Shown here: one piece after another, positions 12,522 to 24,790 of the stretch
Numbering within the stretch: the first letter of the stretch is position 1
Layout: every line of letters starts with the position of its first letter
DNA from: Hypanus sabinus
Lineage: Eukaryota
Assembly: GCF_030144855.1 (NCBI RefSeq)
Contig: NC_082723.1
Coordinates: 25,668,001 to 25,732,000 of the forward strand
DNA length: 64,000 nt
Direction: 5' to 3'
Program-made: the position numbers and the translations under genes
The notes under the pieces: model-generated
What the model saw: the letters and a program-made list of their open reading frames with translations, nothing else
Told to the model about the DNA's origin: nothing
Database searches by the model: none

Positions 12522-12922
12522 CTAGCAGCCTGACGGTAACTTCGATTTTTCTAACCTGGTAATTTCTTCCCCTCCCTTTCTCTTTGTCCATTCTCCATTC
12601 TGGCTTCACTCTTGCCCCTTCTGCTCACCTGCCTAATACTCCCTCTGGTGCTCCTCCTCCTTTAGCCCTTTTCCTCTCCCACCTATCCCCTTCCAGCTTC
12701 TTCCTTCATCTTACCCCAACCCAAACTTCCCCACCTTCCCCCTTGCCTGGTCTCAACTATTCACTGCCAGTGTGTACTCCTTCCCCCTCCCCCACCTTCT
12801 TACTCTGATTTCTACACCCTTCCTCTCCAGTCCTTATGAAGAGTCTCAACCGGAAACATCAGCATTCTCTCCGTAGATGCTGCCTGACCTGCTGAGTTCC
12901 TCAAGCATTTTGTGTGTGTTTC
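12522..12922 (+). mobile_element. Penelope-like element 3' end (ORF C-terminus, pyrimidine-rich UTR, degenerate hammerhead)
   Basis: QPDG.NFDFSN remnant, followed by a CT-rich tract, CAGTCCTTATGAAGAGTCTC..GGAAACATC and the abundant GATGCTGCCTGACCTGCTGAGTTCCTC tail. Confidence 0.7.
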
Positions 12923-13439
12923 TCAACCTGACAAACAGTACTTGGATGCCCCTGCAATGCTTCAGTCCATTGTTTTGAATAAGTGATCTAATTACTTACT
13001 TCCTCTGTAATGCCTTCCAGAAACAAACAAGAAATAATCTGAGATAACCTTTGTTTTCTCTCTTTTCATGAGAGGTGACACTGTTCACATCTTGCTGCTC
13101 AGTTATCTTCATTCATGATTGATCACCTTGACTTGTGTCCTCCATGTGTGGTCAGCTAATTGTATTTAACTGTTAGTTTACCAGACTAGTCTACATAATC
13201 TTGAGAGTTCGGATCCCATCATGAAAGATAAGGACATGAAACTTGCTTATATTAAATAAATAAAATGGCCAAGTAAGCATTTCAATTTTTCTCCAACTGC
13301 AAGGGATACCCTGCAGTGTTTGTGAGTACAAAATAGGCTGACAATTTGCAGCAACCATCAGTCAGAGAAGCCAATGTCAAGCCAATTTGATTCAAGAGAT
13401 GGATGAAGAAGTGGGTGAATGCACAAGCCTGACTGTTGT

Positions 13440-14145
13440 AAGACATAGGAGCAGAATTAGGCCATTCAGTCCATCAAATCTACTCTGCTATTCCATCATG
13501 GCTAATTTATTATCTCTCGCAAGCCCATTCTCCTGCTCTCTCCCTTTAATCTTTGATGCCTTTACTAATTAAGAACCTATCAACCTCTGCTTTCAATATA
13601 TCCGTTGACTACTTCCACAACAGTCTGTGGCAGTGAATTCCACCGATTCACCACCTTCTGATTAAAGAAATTCCTTGTCATCTCTGTTCTAAAGGGACAT
13701 CCTTCTATTCTGAGGCTGCGCCTTCTGGTCCTGTACTCCCCCCACTCTTGGAAGCATCCTCTCCACATCCACCCTATCTCAGCCTGTCGATATTCAATAG
13801 GTTTTAATGAAATCACCCCTCCCTATTCAGGACTTTTACAAAGACAGATGTGTAAAAAGGGCCCAAAGGATCATTGGGGACCTGAGTCACCCCAACCACA
13901 AACTGTTCTAGCTGCTACCATTTGGTAAACCGCAGCATAAAAGCCAGGACCAACGGGCTCCAGGACAGCTTTTTCCACCAGGCCATCAGACTTATTCATT
14001 CATTTCTATGTTATATTGACTGTACGGTTGTACATACTATTTATTAAAAATTACTATAAATTGCACTTTTAAATGGAGATGTAACATAAAGATTTTTACT
14101 CATGTATATGAAGGATGTAAGTATAAAGTCAATCACATTCAATTC
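13440..14145. mobile_element. CR1 3' fragment (minus, 13440-13820) abutting a Rex1/Babar 3' fragment (plus, 13825-14145)
   Basis: RNFFNQKVVNRWNSLP motif. The second part is homologous to 23785-24235. Confidence 0.75.
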
Positions 14146-14883
14146 AATGAAATCCTAAAATCTTGGAGCCATCAAATGCTCATCATATGTTAACCTTTTC
14201 ATTCCTGGGATCATTCTTGTCAACCAGCTGTGGACCCTTGCAAGAGACTGTAGTGACAAATATTTTGAGATTTTCCATTTCTGGTGTGTACCTGTCAGTG
14301 GAACTTCATCCAGCTTTCTCTTGTCCACAAAAATTCAGGGCATGTCCAGTCCCCAGCAATCTAATCTCAATCATCAAACTATTGGAAGGAGTTGTCAGCA
14401 GAGTTATCACGCAGCATTTATTCATCAGTAACTCATTGATTGATGGTAATACTAGGATCTGTCAAGATTACTTGATTCCATTTCTCATTAAGCCTCTGTC
14501 CACTGATGGACCAAAAGCTGGTGTTGGATGTTTTTGATCCTTGGATCTTCAAAAGTCAAGATTGAGGCATAAAACTTATTGCTCATGCTTGTTTATTAAG
14601 TGTGAGGAGAACAAAGGGATGGGGAAAGGAGAATAACAAGAACAGAGCCTCGTTGTGAGAGAAGTGATGGGAGGAAAGGAACAAAAGGAAGAGAGCTGGA
14701 GTTAACACGCTCTGTTCTTCTTTTACCAGTTTTCTAACTCCATTGAATTTCCAAAGATAACAGACATTCCATTCAAATTTTATAGATAAGACTTAATCAA
14801 ACAGATAGCCTCCATTTTAAATAATGCAATACCCCAAAATGTTACAGAAGAACACTAGGAAACACACTGAACAATTGCATGTA

Positions 14884-16389
14884 CAGTTGCAACAAAAAAA
14901 GTGTGAACCCTTTTCAATTACCTGTTTTTCTGCATTAATTACTTATAAAATGCGTTATGTAGACAAACACAATCTGCCTAAACCAATAACACAAACAATT
15001 GTACTTGTCAATACTGAGTACACCATCTAAGCAATCATAGTTTCTGTTTTAAAAAAAGTATGTGAGCCACTGGAGTAAAGCCTTCTGAAAGCTACTTGAA
15101 GTCAGGTGTTCCAATCAATGAGATGTTTTTGGAGGTGTGGGTTGTAGAGGTGCTCTGTCCTATAAAAAAGGCATGAAGTCAGGTTACTGACACAGCCTCT
15201 TCTTTTCAAGAAAGATCTGTTTATGTGCACCATGCCTAGATCAAAACAACTTTCGGAGGACCTCTGAAGAAGAATTGTAGAAGTGCATAAAGCTGGAAAA
15301 GGCTACAAAAGCATTTCTAAAGACCTGAGTGTTCACCAGACAACAGTAAGAAAAATTCCCTACAAATGGAGGAATTTTGTTGCTACTCTCCCTAGGTGTG
15401 GGTGTTCTGCAAAGATCACACCAAGAGCACAACATGCAATACTGAAGGAGGTGGGGGAGAAAACCCCAAGGATAACAGCAAAAGGCCTGCAGAAATCTCT
15501 ACAGTTTTTTGAAGTCTCTTCATGCGGCCGCTGTAAGAAAATCACTGAAGAAGAATGGTATACATGGAAGGACATCACAGAGGAAACCACTGCTCTCCAA
15601 AAAAAACACAATTGTTGCAAAAAGCCATCTGTTCTTCTGGGACAATGTTCTGTGGACAGTTGAGACAAAAGCTGAACTTTTTAGCAGAAGTATACACCAC
15701 TATGTTTGGATGAAAAAGGGCACCAACACCAAAGCTTCATCACAACTGTGAAGCATGATGGAAAGAGCTTCATGGTTTGGGCTGCTTTGCTGCCTTAGGG
15801 CCTGGACAACTTGCAATCATTGAGGGAACAATGAATTCAAAATTGCTTCAATACATTTTATAGGAGGATGGGAAGCTTAACAGAAGTTGGAAGATGTAAT
15901 ATGACAATGATCTGAAACATAAGAGTCAATCAACAACAGAATGATTTTTTTAAAAATGTGTTGTGGAATAGCCAAATCAGAGACTAGACCTTAACCCAAC
16001 TGAGATGCTGTGGCATGACTTGAAGAGAGCTGTTCATGCAAGCTATCCCAGAAATATTGATGAACTGTCCGGAGGAATAGTCTAACATTCCTCCCCACCA
16101 TTGTGTAAGTCTGATCAGCAGCTGCAGGAAACACTTGAAGGTTATTGCTGCTAAAGGAGGTTCTACCAGTTACTAAATGCAAGAGTTCACATACTTTTTC
16201 CAGCCTGATCTGTGAATGATTAAACAATCTGTTCAATAAAGACACGAAAAGTACAATTGTTTGTTATTAGTTTAGGCAGATTATGTTTGTGCATTATCGT
16301 GGCTTAGGTGAAGATCAGACCACATTTTATGAGTAATTAATGGAGAAAACCAATTAATTGCAAAGGGTTCACAAACTTTCTTGCAACTG
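14884..16389 (+). mobile_element. Full-length Tc1-like IR/DR DNA transposon (defective)
   Basis: TA|CAGTTGCAA...TTGCAACTG|TA. Long imperfect TIRs with inner direct repeats (about 15052-15075 and 16180-16205). Confidence 0.92.
15232..16176 (+). pseudogene. Tc1 transposase pseudogene
   Basis: MPRSKQLSEDL*RRIVEVHKAGKGYKSISKDL..., WDNVLWTVETK, QYDND.KH and SQS.DLNP motifs, with stops and frameshifts. Confidence 0.9.
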
Positions 16390-16544
16390 TACATAGATAA
16401 TTATATAAAAATACAAACAAGCGCAAGGAAGTTAAACTGCGAATAAAGTAACAATGATACAGTGTAATCCAACACCGGATTGCAGAAATGAGTTGTGACT
16501 AACTGCTCTTAATGTCAAGACTGCTTTAACCAGAATGTGGTACG

Positions 16545-16877
16545 TAAGTGGAGAGGATGTTTCCAATAGTGGGGAAGTCTAGGATCAGAGTGCAGAGCCT
16601 CAAAATAGAAGTACATTCCTTTAGACAGAGATAAGGAATTTCTTTAGCCAGAGGGTGGTGAATCTGTGGAATTCACTGCCACAGCCGGCTGTGGAGGCCA
16701 AGTCAATGGGTGTATTTAAAGCAGTGATTGACAGGTTCTTGATTCATCAGAGTGTCAAAGGTTATAGGGGGAAGTCAGGAGAATGGGGTTGAAAAGGAAA
16801 ATAAATCAGCCATGATTGAATAGTGGAGCAGAGTTGATGGGCTGAATGACCTAATTCTGCTCCTGTGGCTTATGGTA
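16545..16877 (+). mobile_element. CR1 3' fragment
   Basis: Homologous to 4440-4765 and 12040-12260. Confidence 0.8.
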
Positions 16878-18344
16878 AGAGCCCTACTTAAAGCTGAAGT
16901 GATTAGGATAAAACCTCCACTGGACAGATGCACATAGCAAAGAGGAAGGAGGTTCTAATGAATGGAACTCGGTTTTCTTTACCCCGAGACGAGGTTGTAG
17001 AAGGTCCTGAGAATAATGCTCCAAGCTCAAGTGTTCTAAGCTGCTTCATCAGTGACCTTCCCTCCATTTTAAAAGTCGAAGTGCCGGTGTTCACTAAGGA
17101 CTGCATCCATCACAACTCGGGTAATGAATGTGTCTTTGCAAACGTGCAGCTATAACCTGGTCAGCATTCAGGCTTGAGCTGAGAACTGAAAAGCAATGTT
17201 TGTGTTGCACAAGTGCCAGCCGGTGGCTAATTCAACGTTCGAGTCTGGAATGGCGATGTCAATACTGTCTTTGAACCTCCTGCCCTCAACATCCTAGCAA
17301 TTAAAATTAAGATTAAATATTAGCTTTATTTTTAACATGTGCTTGGAAACACACAGTGAAATGTGTCATTTGTGTCGTTGATCAACACAGTCCTAATATG
17401 TGCTGGGGACAGCCCGCAAGTGTCTGCCATGTGTGAGAATTTGCTTCCACAGAAGCAAGAACTGCTGTTTGACTTAGCTGGTTTGCAGCCAGTTCAGTAA
17501 CATATCAGATCAAGTTGAGTGAGTGCACCAAATCCAACAACACCACAAGCCATGATAGCCCACAACTTTCCACTACCAGACATCTCCCAAAACTTTCCCT
17601 GACCTTATACTCTCAATAGCAATGGCAAAGAGCCTGGGCTGGTCTTTACCTCAGGATGAGGTAATCTGTTTTGTTGCTGGTGCCCTCTACCCTTCCACTG
17701 CCTTCAATCTCTGAATCTCGGGTTTCTTTCCTATCTGGACATATCCTCCCCCAAGTATCTGTTCTTTATGATGCCCTCCCCCTAATTTTCATTCAGCTAA
17801 TATCCATGCATTTTCCTGGTCTCCAGATAAGCAGATATCACAAATAGTTCCCTTCCCAGGGATTCTCTGCCCTGAACTTTTAAAAGTGCCTTCATTATCC
17901 CTTGTCCATCCAAGAAGAAAGGCTACCATCAGCTGTTGTGTGGCTTATGAGTGACTACTCACACTCCTACCTCTTGCCTGCTATCACAGAGCAGGAGTCA
18001 ACTTTGAAGGACTGACACTAGAGGTGAACACAGATAACTGCTTAATGCATTCAGGCCTCACACCCCAAGAAGCCAAACTGAAAATGTTCTATAGAATAAA
18101 ATTAACTCCAATGAAAGTTGTCTTTGGTTTCTTACAGCCAAGGATTGATTTGCAGAATCACGCCTGAAATGTGGAATGGAAATATAAATTTATTTTGTTT
18201 AATCATCTCAGTGTTGTATTTTAAAATGTATCATAATGGAGAGTCTATCCTGCTCAATTTCCGTTCCATCTCTTTTGTTGGATATGGTCCTTTCCAAGTA
18301 CAGGATGTTTTCAGATTAGTGAACTGACCTCCAGAGGGACACCT

Positions 18345-19003
18345 TAAATTCTTCAGTGTCAGCGTCTCTGAAGGTCTATACTAGGCCCAACATGTGGATG
18401 TAATTCTGAAGAGGGCACGCTGGTGGCTTATTTCATAAAGAGTTTGAGGAGATTTGGAATATCACCAAACAGTAACAAACTTCTACAGATGTACCATGGA
18501 GAGCATTCTAGCTGGTCGCATCACCATCTGGTATGGAGGGGCCACTGCACAGGATCAGAAAAAGCTGTAGAGGTTTGTAAACTCAGCCACCTCCATCATG
18601 GGCACTCGCCTCCCCAGCATTGAGTTCATCTTCAAAAGGCAACGCCTTAAAAAGGGTGGCATCCATCATTAAGAAACCCCATTACTCAGGGCAAGCCCTC
18701 TTTCTTATTACTGCCATCAGGAAGGGAGGTACAGGAGCCTGAAGAGAGATGCCCAGGATTTTAGGAACAGTTTCTTCCCTTCCATCTTTGGATTTCAAAA
18801 TGGGCAATGAACCCCTGAACATTACCTCAATATTTTTGTTCTTCTGCGTTACTTTCATGTATGTAGTATAATACATAAAATATACTATACTATATAAATT
18901 TTATAAATGTTATGTATATTAACAAAATTTATAAACTATGGTATATTTTGTGTATTGTGCTGTATTTCTGCTGCAAAACAACAAATTTCACAAAATGTCA
19001 GTA
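18345..19003 (+). mobile_element. Rex1/Babar LINE 3' fragment (tail resumes at 20865-20890)
   Basis: YFIKSLRRFGISP..FYRCT.ESIL motif. Confidence 0.8.
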
Positions 19004-19162
19004 CATGTTCAGTATCCCTTATCCAAAATTCCAAAGTCCAAATTTCTTTTTGAAATCTGGCATGATGTCACAAATGGAAAGTTGCACAGGATACTGGAAG
19101 GTTCCCAGAAGATGCACAGGACAGTGTGCTCCACACATTGTTCTGAGAAGTGACCTCACATA

Positions 19163-19387
19163 CAGTGGCATACAAGACTTTGGGCACCCCGGTCAAGATT
19201 TTTGTTACTGTGAATAGCTGAGTGAGTAAAAGATGACCTGATTTCCAAAAGGCATGATGACACATTTCTTTATTGTGTTAAGCAAGATTACTTTTTTATT
19301 TCCATCTTTTACAGTTTCAAAATAACAAATAAAGGAACAGGGCCGGAAACAGAAGTTTGGGCACCCTTCATGGTCAGTAATTAGTAA
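19163..19387 (+). mobile_element. Tc1 left IR/DR end
   Basis: TA|CAGTGGCATACAAGACTTTGGGCACCCC, with an inner repeat AAGTTTGGGCACCC. Confidence 0.6.
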
Positions 19388-19389
19388 TT

Positions 19390-19839
19390 GCTCGGTCAGT
19401 CACTCCCTCCGGACTGCGACTGCCGTGGCCCTGGCACAGGGACCTCTGGTCCTGACCTTGTCCTCTCACCCCACCCACGACCAACCGCACCTGGCCAAGG
19501 CGTCTGGTGGCGAGCGGGCAAGAGGCTGGAGCTCGGACCCAGAGGCTGTCTAATGAGGCAGTGAAGCCCTCAAAACTGCTTCGGTATCCTGATTCCAAGC
19601 ACCTTGCACTTAAAGACGAACCTGCTGAGTTTTTTCAACGGAAAAAACGTGAGCAGCGCGGGACAGCAGCTAAGTGCCAAGAGCCGCAAAAACTAAATTG
19701 TGGAATAGACTGGACATAAGGAACCTGCCTTGAGTGTCGCTGTATTCCTGTCATGTTTAACACCACCCGTCGGCCAGTCCGCAAGAACATTGTCAATATT
19801 AAACTGATCCGCAGTGTAAAAAAAGGGTGGGTACCCCTG
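19390..19839 (+). mobile_element. Non-autonomous hAT/Charlie element, copy B (5'-truncated, right TIR present)
   Basis: RLSNEAVKPSKLLRYPDSKHLALKDEPAEFFQRKKREQ (BED-finger region of Charlie/Buster transposases). Ends AAAAAAGGGTGGGTACCCCTG. Homologous to 38297-38660. Confidence 0.85.
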
Positions 19840-19997
19840 GTGTTTATGCATTATTTCTACTTCCAGGTTGCGGGGTTTTACTTCCGGTCTTTTCTGCCCC
19901 GGTGCGCATGCGTGTAACTAATCTATCTGGGGTTGATCTCGCCTTGCACTAAGGCTGAGGTAGGGGATCTTGGGCTTAAAAAGGTTGGTGACCACTA
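19840..19997 (+). mobile_element. Right end of a second hAT element
   Basis: Ends AAAAAGGTTGGTGACCACT(A). Confidence 0.55.
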
Positions 19998-20299
19998 CCT
20001 TACATAAAACCTAAAAATAGTAAAATACAAATACAGTGTACTGTAACCTTTTAATCAAATCACAGGATCATAGGTGGAGACTGAAAGCCTGCCGTTGTTT
20101 GTTGTTGTTCAACAGCTGATTTGGGTATTCTCCCAATGCTGCTGAGCTGCCTTTGTAAATTTGTACACATATTTTCATTATGTTAATGGTAAGTGATCAG
20201 TTTTACTGTTAAGTATAGAATGCGATGAACAAATGTAAAACGGAGACTGATTGCTGGTAGCACATACAGTTCTATACAAAAGTCAAAAGGCACATATAC

Positions 20300-20755
20300 T
20301 GTATGTAGCTCGGGTAACTAAGACCTTTGCACAGTACTGTATTTCAATGTGGAGTGGAGAGCAAGTTTGTAAACCTGGCAGTTTGGTGTGGGGTGGGGGA
20401 ATAGGTGAAAGATGAGAAGCACCAGGGGGCACAGGTACAGACATGCCCAGCCCTGAGACACCAGGCAGGGTCATTTGCTTTCAGTTAATTGGTTTATTGA
20501 TCATAACAGAATGTCCCTCTAGTGCTTCCCACTCCCTCCTTTCTCCTTTCCCCTTTTCCCAACCATGATTCCCCTCTCCCCGCCCTCTTCCCACCCTCAG
20601 CCCCTCAAAGAGACCCATATCAGAATCAGGTTTATCATCACTTGCATATGTCATGAAATTTGTTTTTTTTTAATGGCAGCAGAACAGTGCAATACATAAA
20701 ATTACTAAAGTACTCTGCAAAAGTCTAGGCACCCTAGTCTTTTGCACAGTACTGT
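20300..20755. mobile_element. Composite Tc1-type MITE (inverted copy at 57301-57803)
   Basis: CAGTACTGTGCAAAAGTCTTAGGCAC-type ends, and a shared interior that includes a Rex1/Babar tail. Confidence 0.65.
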
Positions 20756-21294
20756 CAATCGGAAATGATGGCAATTCCAAGCCATCTTATTATATATTTC
20801 AAAATCCAAAAATACCCAAAACACTTCTGGCCTTAAGCATTTCGAATACGGGGTATTCAACCTGTAATAATAAACCTGATTCTGATTCTTCTAAATCAAC
20901 AGCCCACCTTCAAGCATGCTGTGGAGATGCTTGAGTCACCTTTGAGTAATTTCAGCTTTCAGTTCAGTCCTTCCAGATCTCCACCAAAGGATTGTATTAT
21001 GTTAGCAACACAATTCTTCAAAAGGCTGATGCTTCCTTCATGATTGTTGGCTTTAATATGCTTATTTAAGACTAGTAATTAAACAGCTGGGAATTTATAT
21101 GACAATCAAGCCAATTAGAAAATAGTAACAAAAAGTTATTTGAACCATTTTTCTAATTCTCTAAGTAGCACAAATGCTGTACTTCCCATTCAGATAAAAA
21201 CAGACTGATCTCAGTTTTTAAAAACATGAAGTGTGAACCATGCTGATACATTTAGAAATACTCTGCTTTAATGCCATAGAAAAAGCAACATGGT

Positions 21295-21695
21295 CGTGTC
21301 TTATAGGGAAGGTTGAGAGAGTTAGCTGTTCTCTTTGGAGTGGAGGACTGGAGGTGTACAAGATGATAAGAGGCATGTACGGAGTGGATAGCCAGAGATA
21401 TTTTCCCTCTGCAGAAGTAGCTAATACGAGAGGGTATGATTGGGGGAAAGTATAGGGGATGTCAAAAATAGATTTCTTAAATAGAATGATCCTTGTGCGG
21501 AATGCCCTGCCGGGGTGATGGTGATGGAGGCAGATACTTTGGGAACATTTAACACTCTTAGATAGGCACTGGATGAAAGAAGACTGGAGGACTGTGTAGA
21601 AGGGAATGGTTAGATTTATCTTAGAGTAGGTTAAAAGATGGACAAAATGTTGTGTGCAGAAAGGCCTGGATTGTGCTGTATTGTTTTATGTTTCT
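21295..21695 (+). mobile_element. CR1 (HER1-like) 3' end
   Basis: LEVYKMIRGMYGVDSQRYFP motif and GGCCTG..TGTGCTGTA tail. Confidence 0.75.
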
Positions 21696-22364
21696 TGCAC
21701 TCCAACATATTTAGGCAAAGTACTCATTTTATGAGTTGAAGTGGAAGAAATATTTTCTCAACCAGTTGGTACAATTGAAGCCAACTTTTATAGGAATACA
21801 TTAAAGATAACAGGACCCAAGAGGGAAACTAGTGTTACTTGTGACAGAACATTTCAGAAATTCCAGAAGTTGCATCCTTGCTGAACAATCAGAAAGCCTT
21901 GCAACTACCAATTTAATCAGAGTGGAGCTGAGGGGAAGGAAAGTGACGTGATTTGGCCTTAAGGGAGTACAGAATGCTTCTGCTTCAAAGGGATTTTGCC
22001 TTTCTCAGCACAGTTTTGAAAGGTAGGTTTGAGGAGTAGCAGGTTCTGAGCAACACACAAAATGCTGTAGGAACTCAGCAGGCTGGGCAGCGTCTATGGA
22101 GAGGAATAAACAGAACTGATGAAGGGTCTTGGCCTGAACTGTCGACTGCATATCCCTCTCTGTAGATGCTGCCTGACTTGAATTCCCCCAGCATTTTGTG
22201 TGTGTTACATGTGGGAACTTGGCAGCCAGTAGAGATTCTTGGCTTGTCGCAGCACAGGACAGTTAGTTCTAGCAATGAAGTAAAACTGTCTTAAGTATCT
22301 TAAAACCTTACCATCTGCTCATGGCCCCCATCACATTTTTGTATTTTTCATCACCACTTTGATT

Positions 22365-22937
22365 CCTTACGGATGTCATAACCAGGTGGGATAATGTGGA
22401 TAAGCTCCCACTACCTATTGAATGGTCCCAATAGCGTGCACCTCAAATAGCCTCTGACACTGAAGTCCAGCTCTTGGCCTTCGTGTGTGGCTTAGCTACT
22501 AAGCCCAGTGAACTGTTTCTACTGACAGGTTACTGACTCCCTAAAACCAGTCACTTTGGGCAGATGGTCCTCTTCTGCTGTGGTTGGCAGCTCATCTTGG
22601 AGAAGGAAATTGGATCTCAGCCCTCTGCTGCTTTGCAGCTATACACACTCATGGGAGGTTTTGGGAGTAAACCACAAGGGAAGAATCTGGTGTTGGAGTC
22701 CCTAAAGCAGTCCTACTTTGAGTCCAACACTGACTGGCAACTCCTGTAATGCCACTGGTGCCAAACAGTATCGATTTCTGCTGTTCCTTTGAATTCATCA
22801 GCTTCGTGGAGAGGGAGAGCCTGAGAGCCTGCTTACATGGGCAACAGTTCTCCATATCGTACTGCCCTGGCTTGCATGTCACATTGACAGCTGCGACACA
22901 ACATCCATGGTCAGCCCCAACCAACGGAGGCCTCAAG
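22365..22937 (+). mobile_element. Non-autonomous RTE-clade-related element (5'-UTR-like)
   Basis: GGCAGCTCATCTTGGAGAAGGAAATTGGATCTCAGCCCTCTGCTGC resembles RTE 5' UTR motifs. No ORF. Confidence 0.45.
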
Positions 22938-23679
22938 ACGTCACCACTTTATTTCATGATCATTGATTTTCCTGAGCCCAGCAGTCATTGTGAGCTACAT
23001 CAGGGACATGTCCAATTGACTCAAACATTAGCAAGTTAACTGTCTCAATCACTCTTGCTAGTCCAAACTAAGGTTTTATTAGCCATGAAAAAAAATATTC
23101 CACATCATTTGAAGCTATCAGCTTTAAAATTTAACGACTATGAAGAACCAGCAGTACATAAAACTGTTCAGGTTTTAAGCTGCCAAATCTTCTCAGTGAA
23201 CCAACTGATGCTAAGCCAAAGGGCTTTTTGCATTTTGATTTTTACATTAACCTTCCATTAAAAATTATCACGGCTATCATCACAAAGTATCGTGGCCAAT
23301 AAATTAGCATTTTATGAGACATGTTAAACAAGTATTTACGATTTGCTAATGTGACTGTCTTTCATGCTGAATCAGTTTCTGTGTCACTTCTATTCACTGT
23401 GCTCCACCTTTTTAGGTCTGTTTGTGGGATTTGCCGTGAGGCTTTTATATAGTCATTTCTAAACTAACAGTTCTGGCATTTTGTTCTGCACAGTAAAGGA
23501 GCTCACAGGGATAAGCATCCATTAAGGATATGCTTGTTTAAAATAATTTCCATCCTCAGTCATCTTGATTCAAAGTTGAGGCTGAGATCTGTAGATTCAG
23601 TCATGTCTAAATTAGTTCATGGTCATGTGCTAAAGGTTAACTAATTCTTCACCATAGAAGAGCAAAATAGGGCTTAAAA

Positions 23680-24790
23680 ATTCAAAGTTCAAAGCAAATT
23701 CATTATCAAAATATGTATATGTCTCCATATAATACTGTGAGGTTCATTTTCTTGCAGGCAGTCACAGTAGAACAAAGAAATGAATTGAATTGACTATTAC
23801 TTACATCCTTCATATACATGAGTAAAAATCTGTACATTACATCTCTGTCTAAGTGTGCATTTTATAGTAAAATTTATATAATAAAATGTACAACAGGACA
23901 GTAAAATATAACAGAAATACAATTGTGTCAGCATGAACTAATCAGTCTGATGGCCTGGTGGAAGAAGCTGTCCCGGAGCCCGTTGGTCCTGGTTTTTATG
24001 CTGCGGTACCGTTTCCTGAATGGTAGCAGCTGGAACAGTTTGTGGTTGGGGTGACTCGGGTCCCCAATGATCCTTTAGGCCTTTTTTGTAAGTGTCCTGA
24101 ATAGTGGGAAGTTCACATCTACAGATGCTTTGGGCGGTGTGCACCACTCTCTGCAGAGTCCTGCGACTGAGCGAAGTACAGTTCCCGTACCAGGCAGTGC
24201 CTCAGCCAGTCAGGATGCTCTCAGTTGTGCCCCTGTACAACAGAATCAATTAAAAAATACACACAGAGACTGATAAACAGCAAATGTGCAAAAGAAGACC
24301 ATCTGTGCAAATACAGAATATAATAATAAATATATAAATAAATTGTAATGCCCTTGAAAATGAGTCCATAGTTTGTGGACTTAGTTCAGTGTTGAGGTGA
24401 GTGGAATTATCCACACTGTTTCAGGACCCTGATGACTGAAGCATAATAACTGTTCCTGAACCTGGTGATGTGGGACCCAAGGCTCCTGTACCTCCTGCCC
24501 AATGGCAGCACAAAAAGAGAGCATACCCGGGATGGTGTGGGTCCATGATATGCATGCTGCTTTCTTGTGAAAGCGTTCCTTGTAGATGTGCTTAATGTTG
24601 GGAGGGGCTTTGACTGTGCTCAACTGGGCTATATCCTGCACTTTTTGAAGACTTATCCATTCTTGGGCATTGGTGTTTCCTCACCAAGTTGTAATGCAAC
24701 CAGTCAGGATACTCTCCACTGTGCATTTATGGAAGTTTGTCAAAGTTTCAGGTGACATGCTGAATCTGCGCAAACTTCTAAGAAAGTAAA
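23680..24790 (-). mobile_element. Nested Rex1/Babar 3' fragments (inner copy about 23785-24235)
   Basis: VHTAQSICRCELPTIQDTY and IAQLST..PPNIKHIYKERFHKKAA motifs. Confidence 0.75.

Larger units (their letters stand above)
19004..20864. mobile_element. pogo/Tigger (Zombi/Tigger4-like) non-autonomous element containing nested Tc1, hAT and MITE insertions
   Basis: TA|CATGTTCAGTATCCCTTATCC ... CGAATACGGGGTATTCAACCTG|TA termini. Confidence 0.7.

Noticed and set aside
19507-19719. Domesticated ZBED5/SCAND3-like gene exon
   Set aside because: A short remnant with the BED His replaced, bounded by transposon ends and present in two decayed copies.
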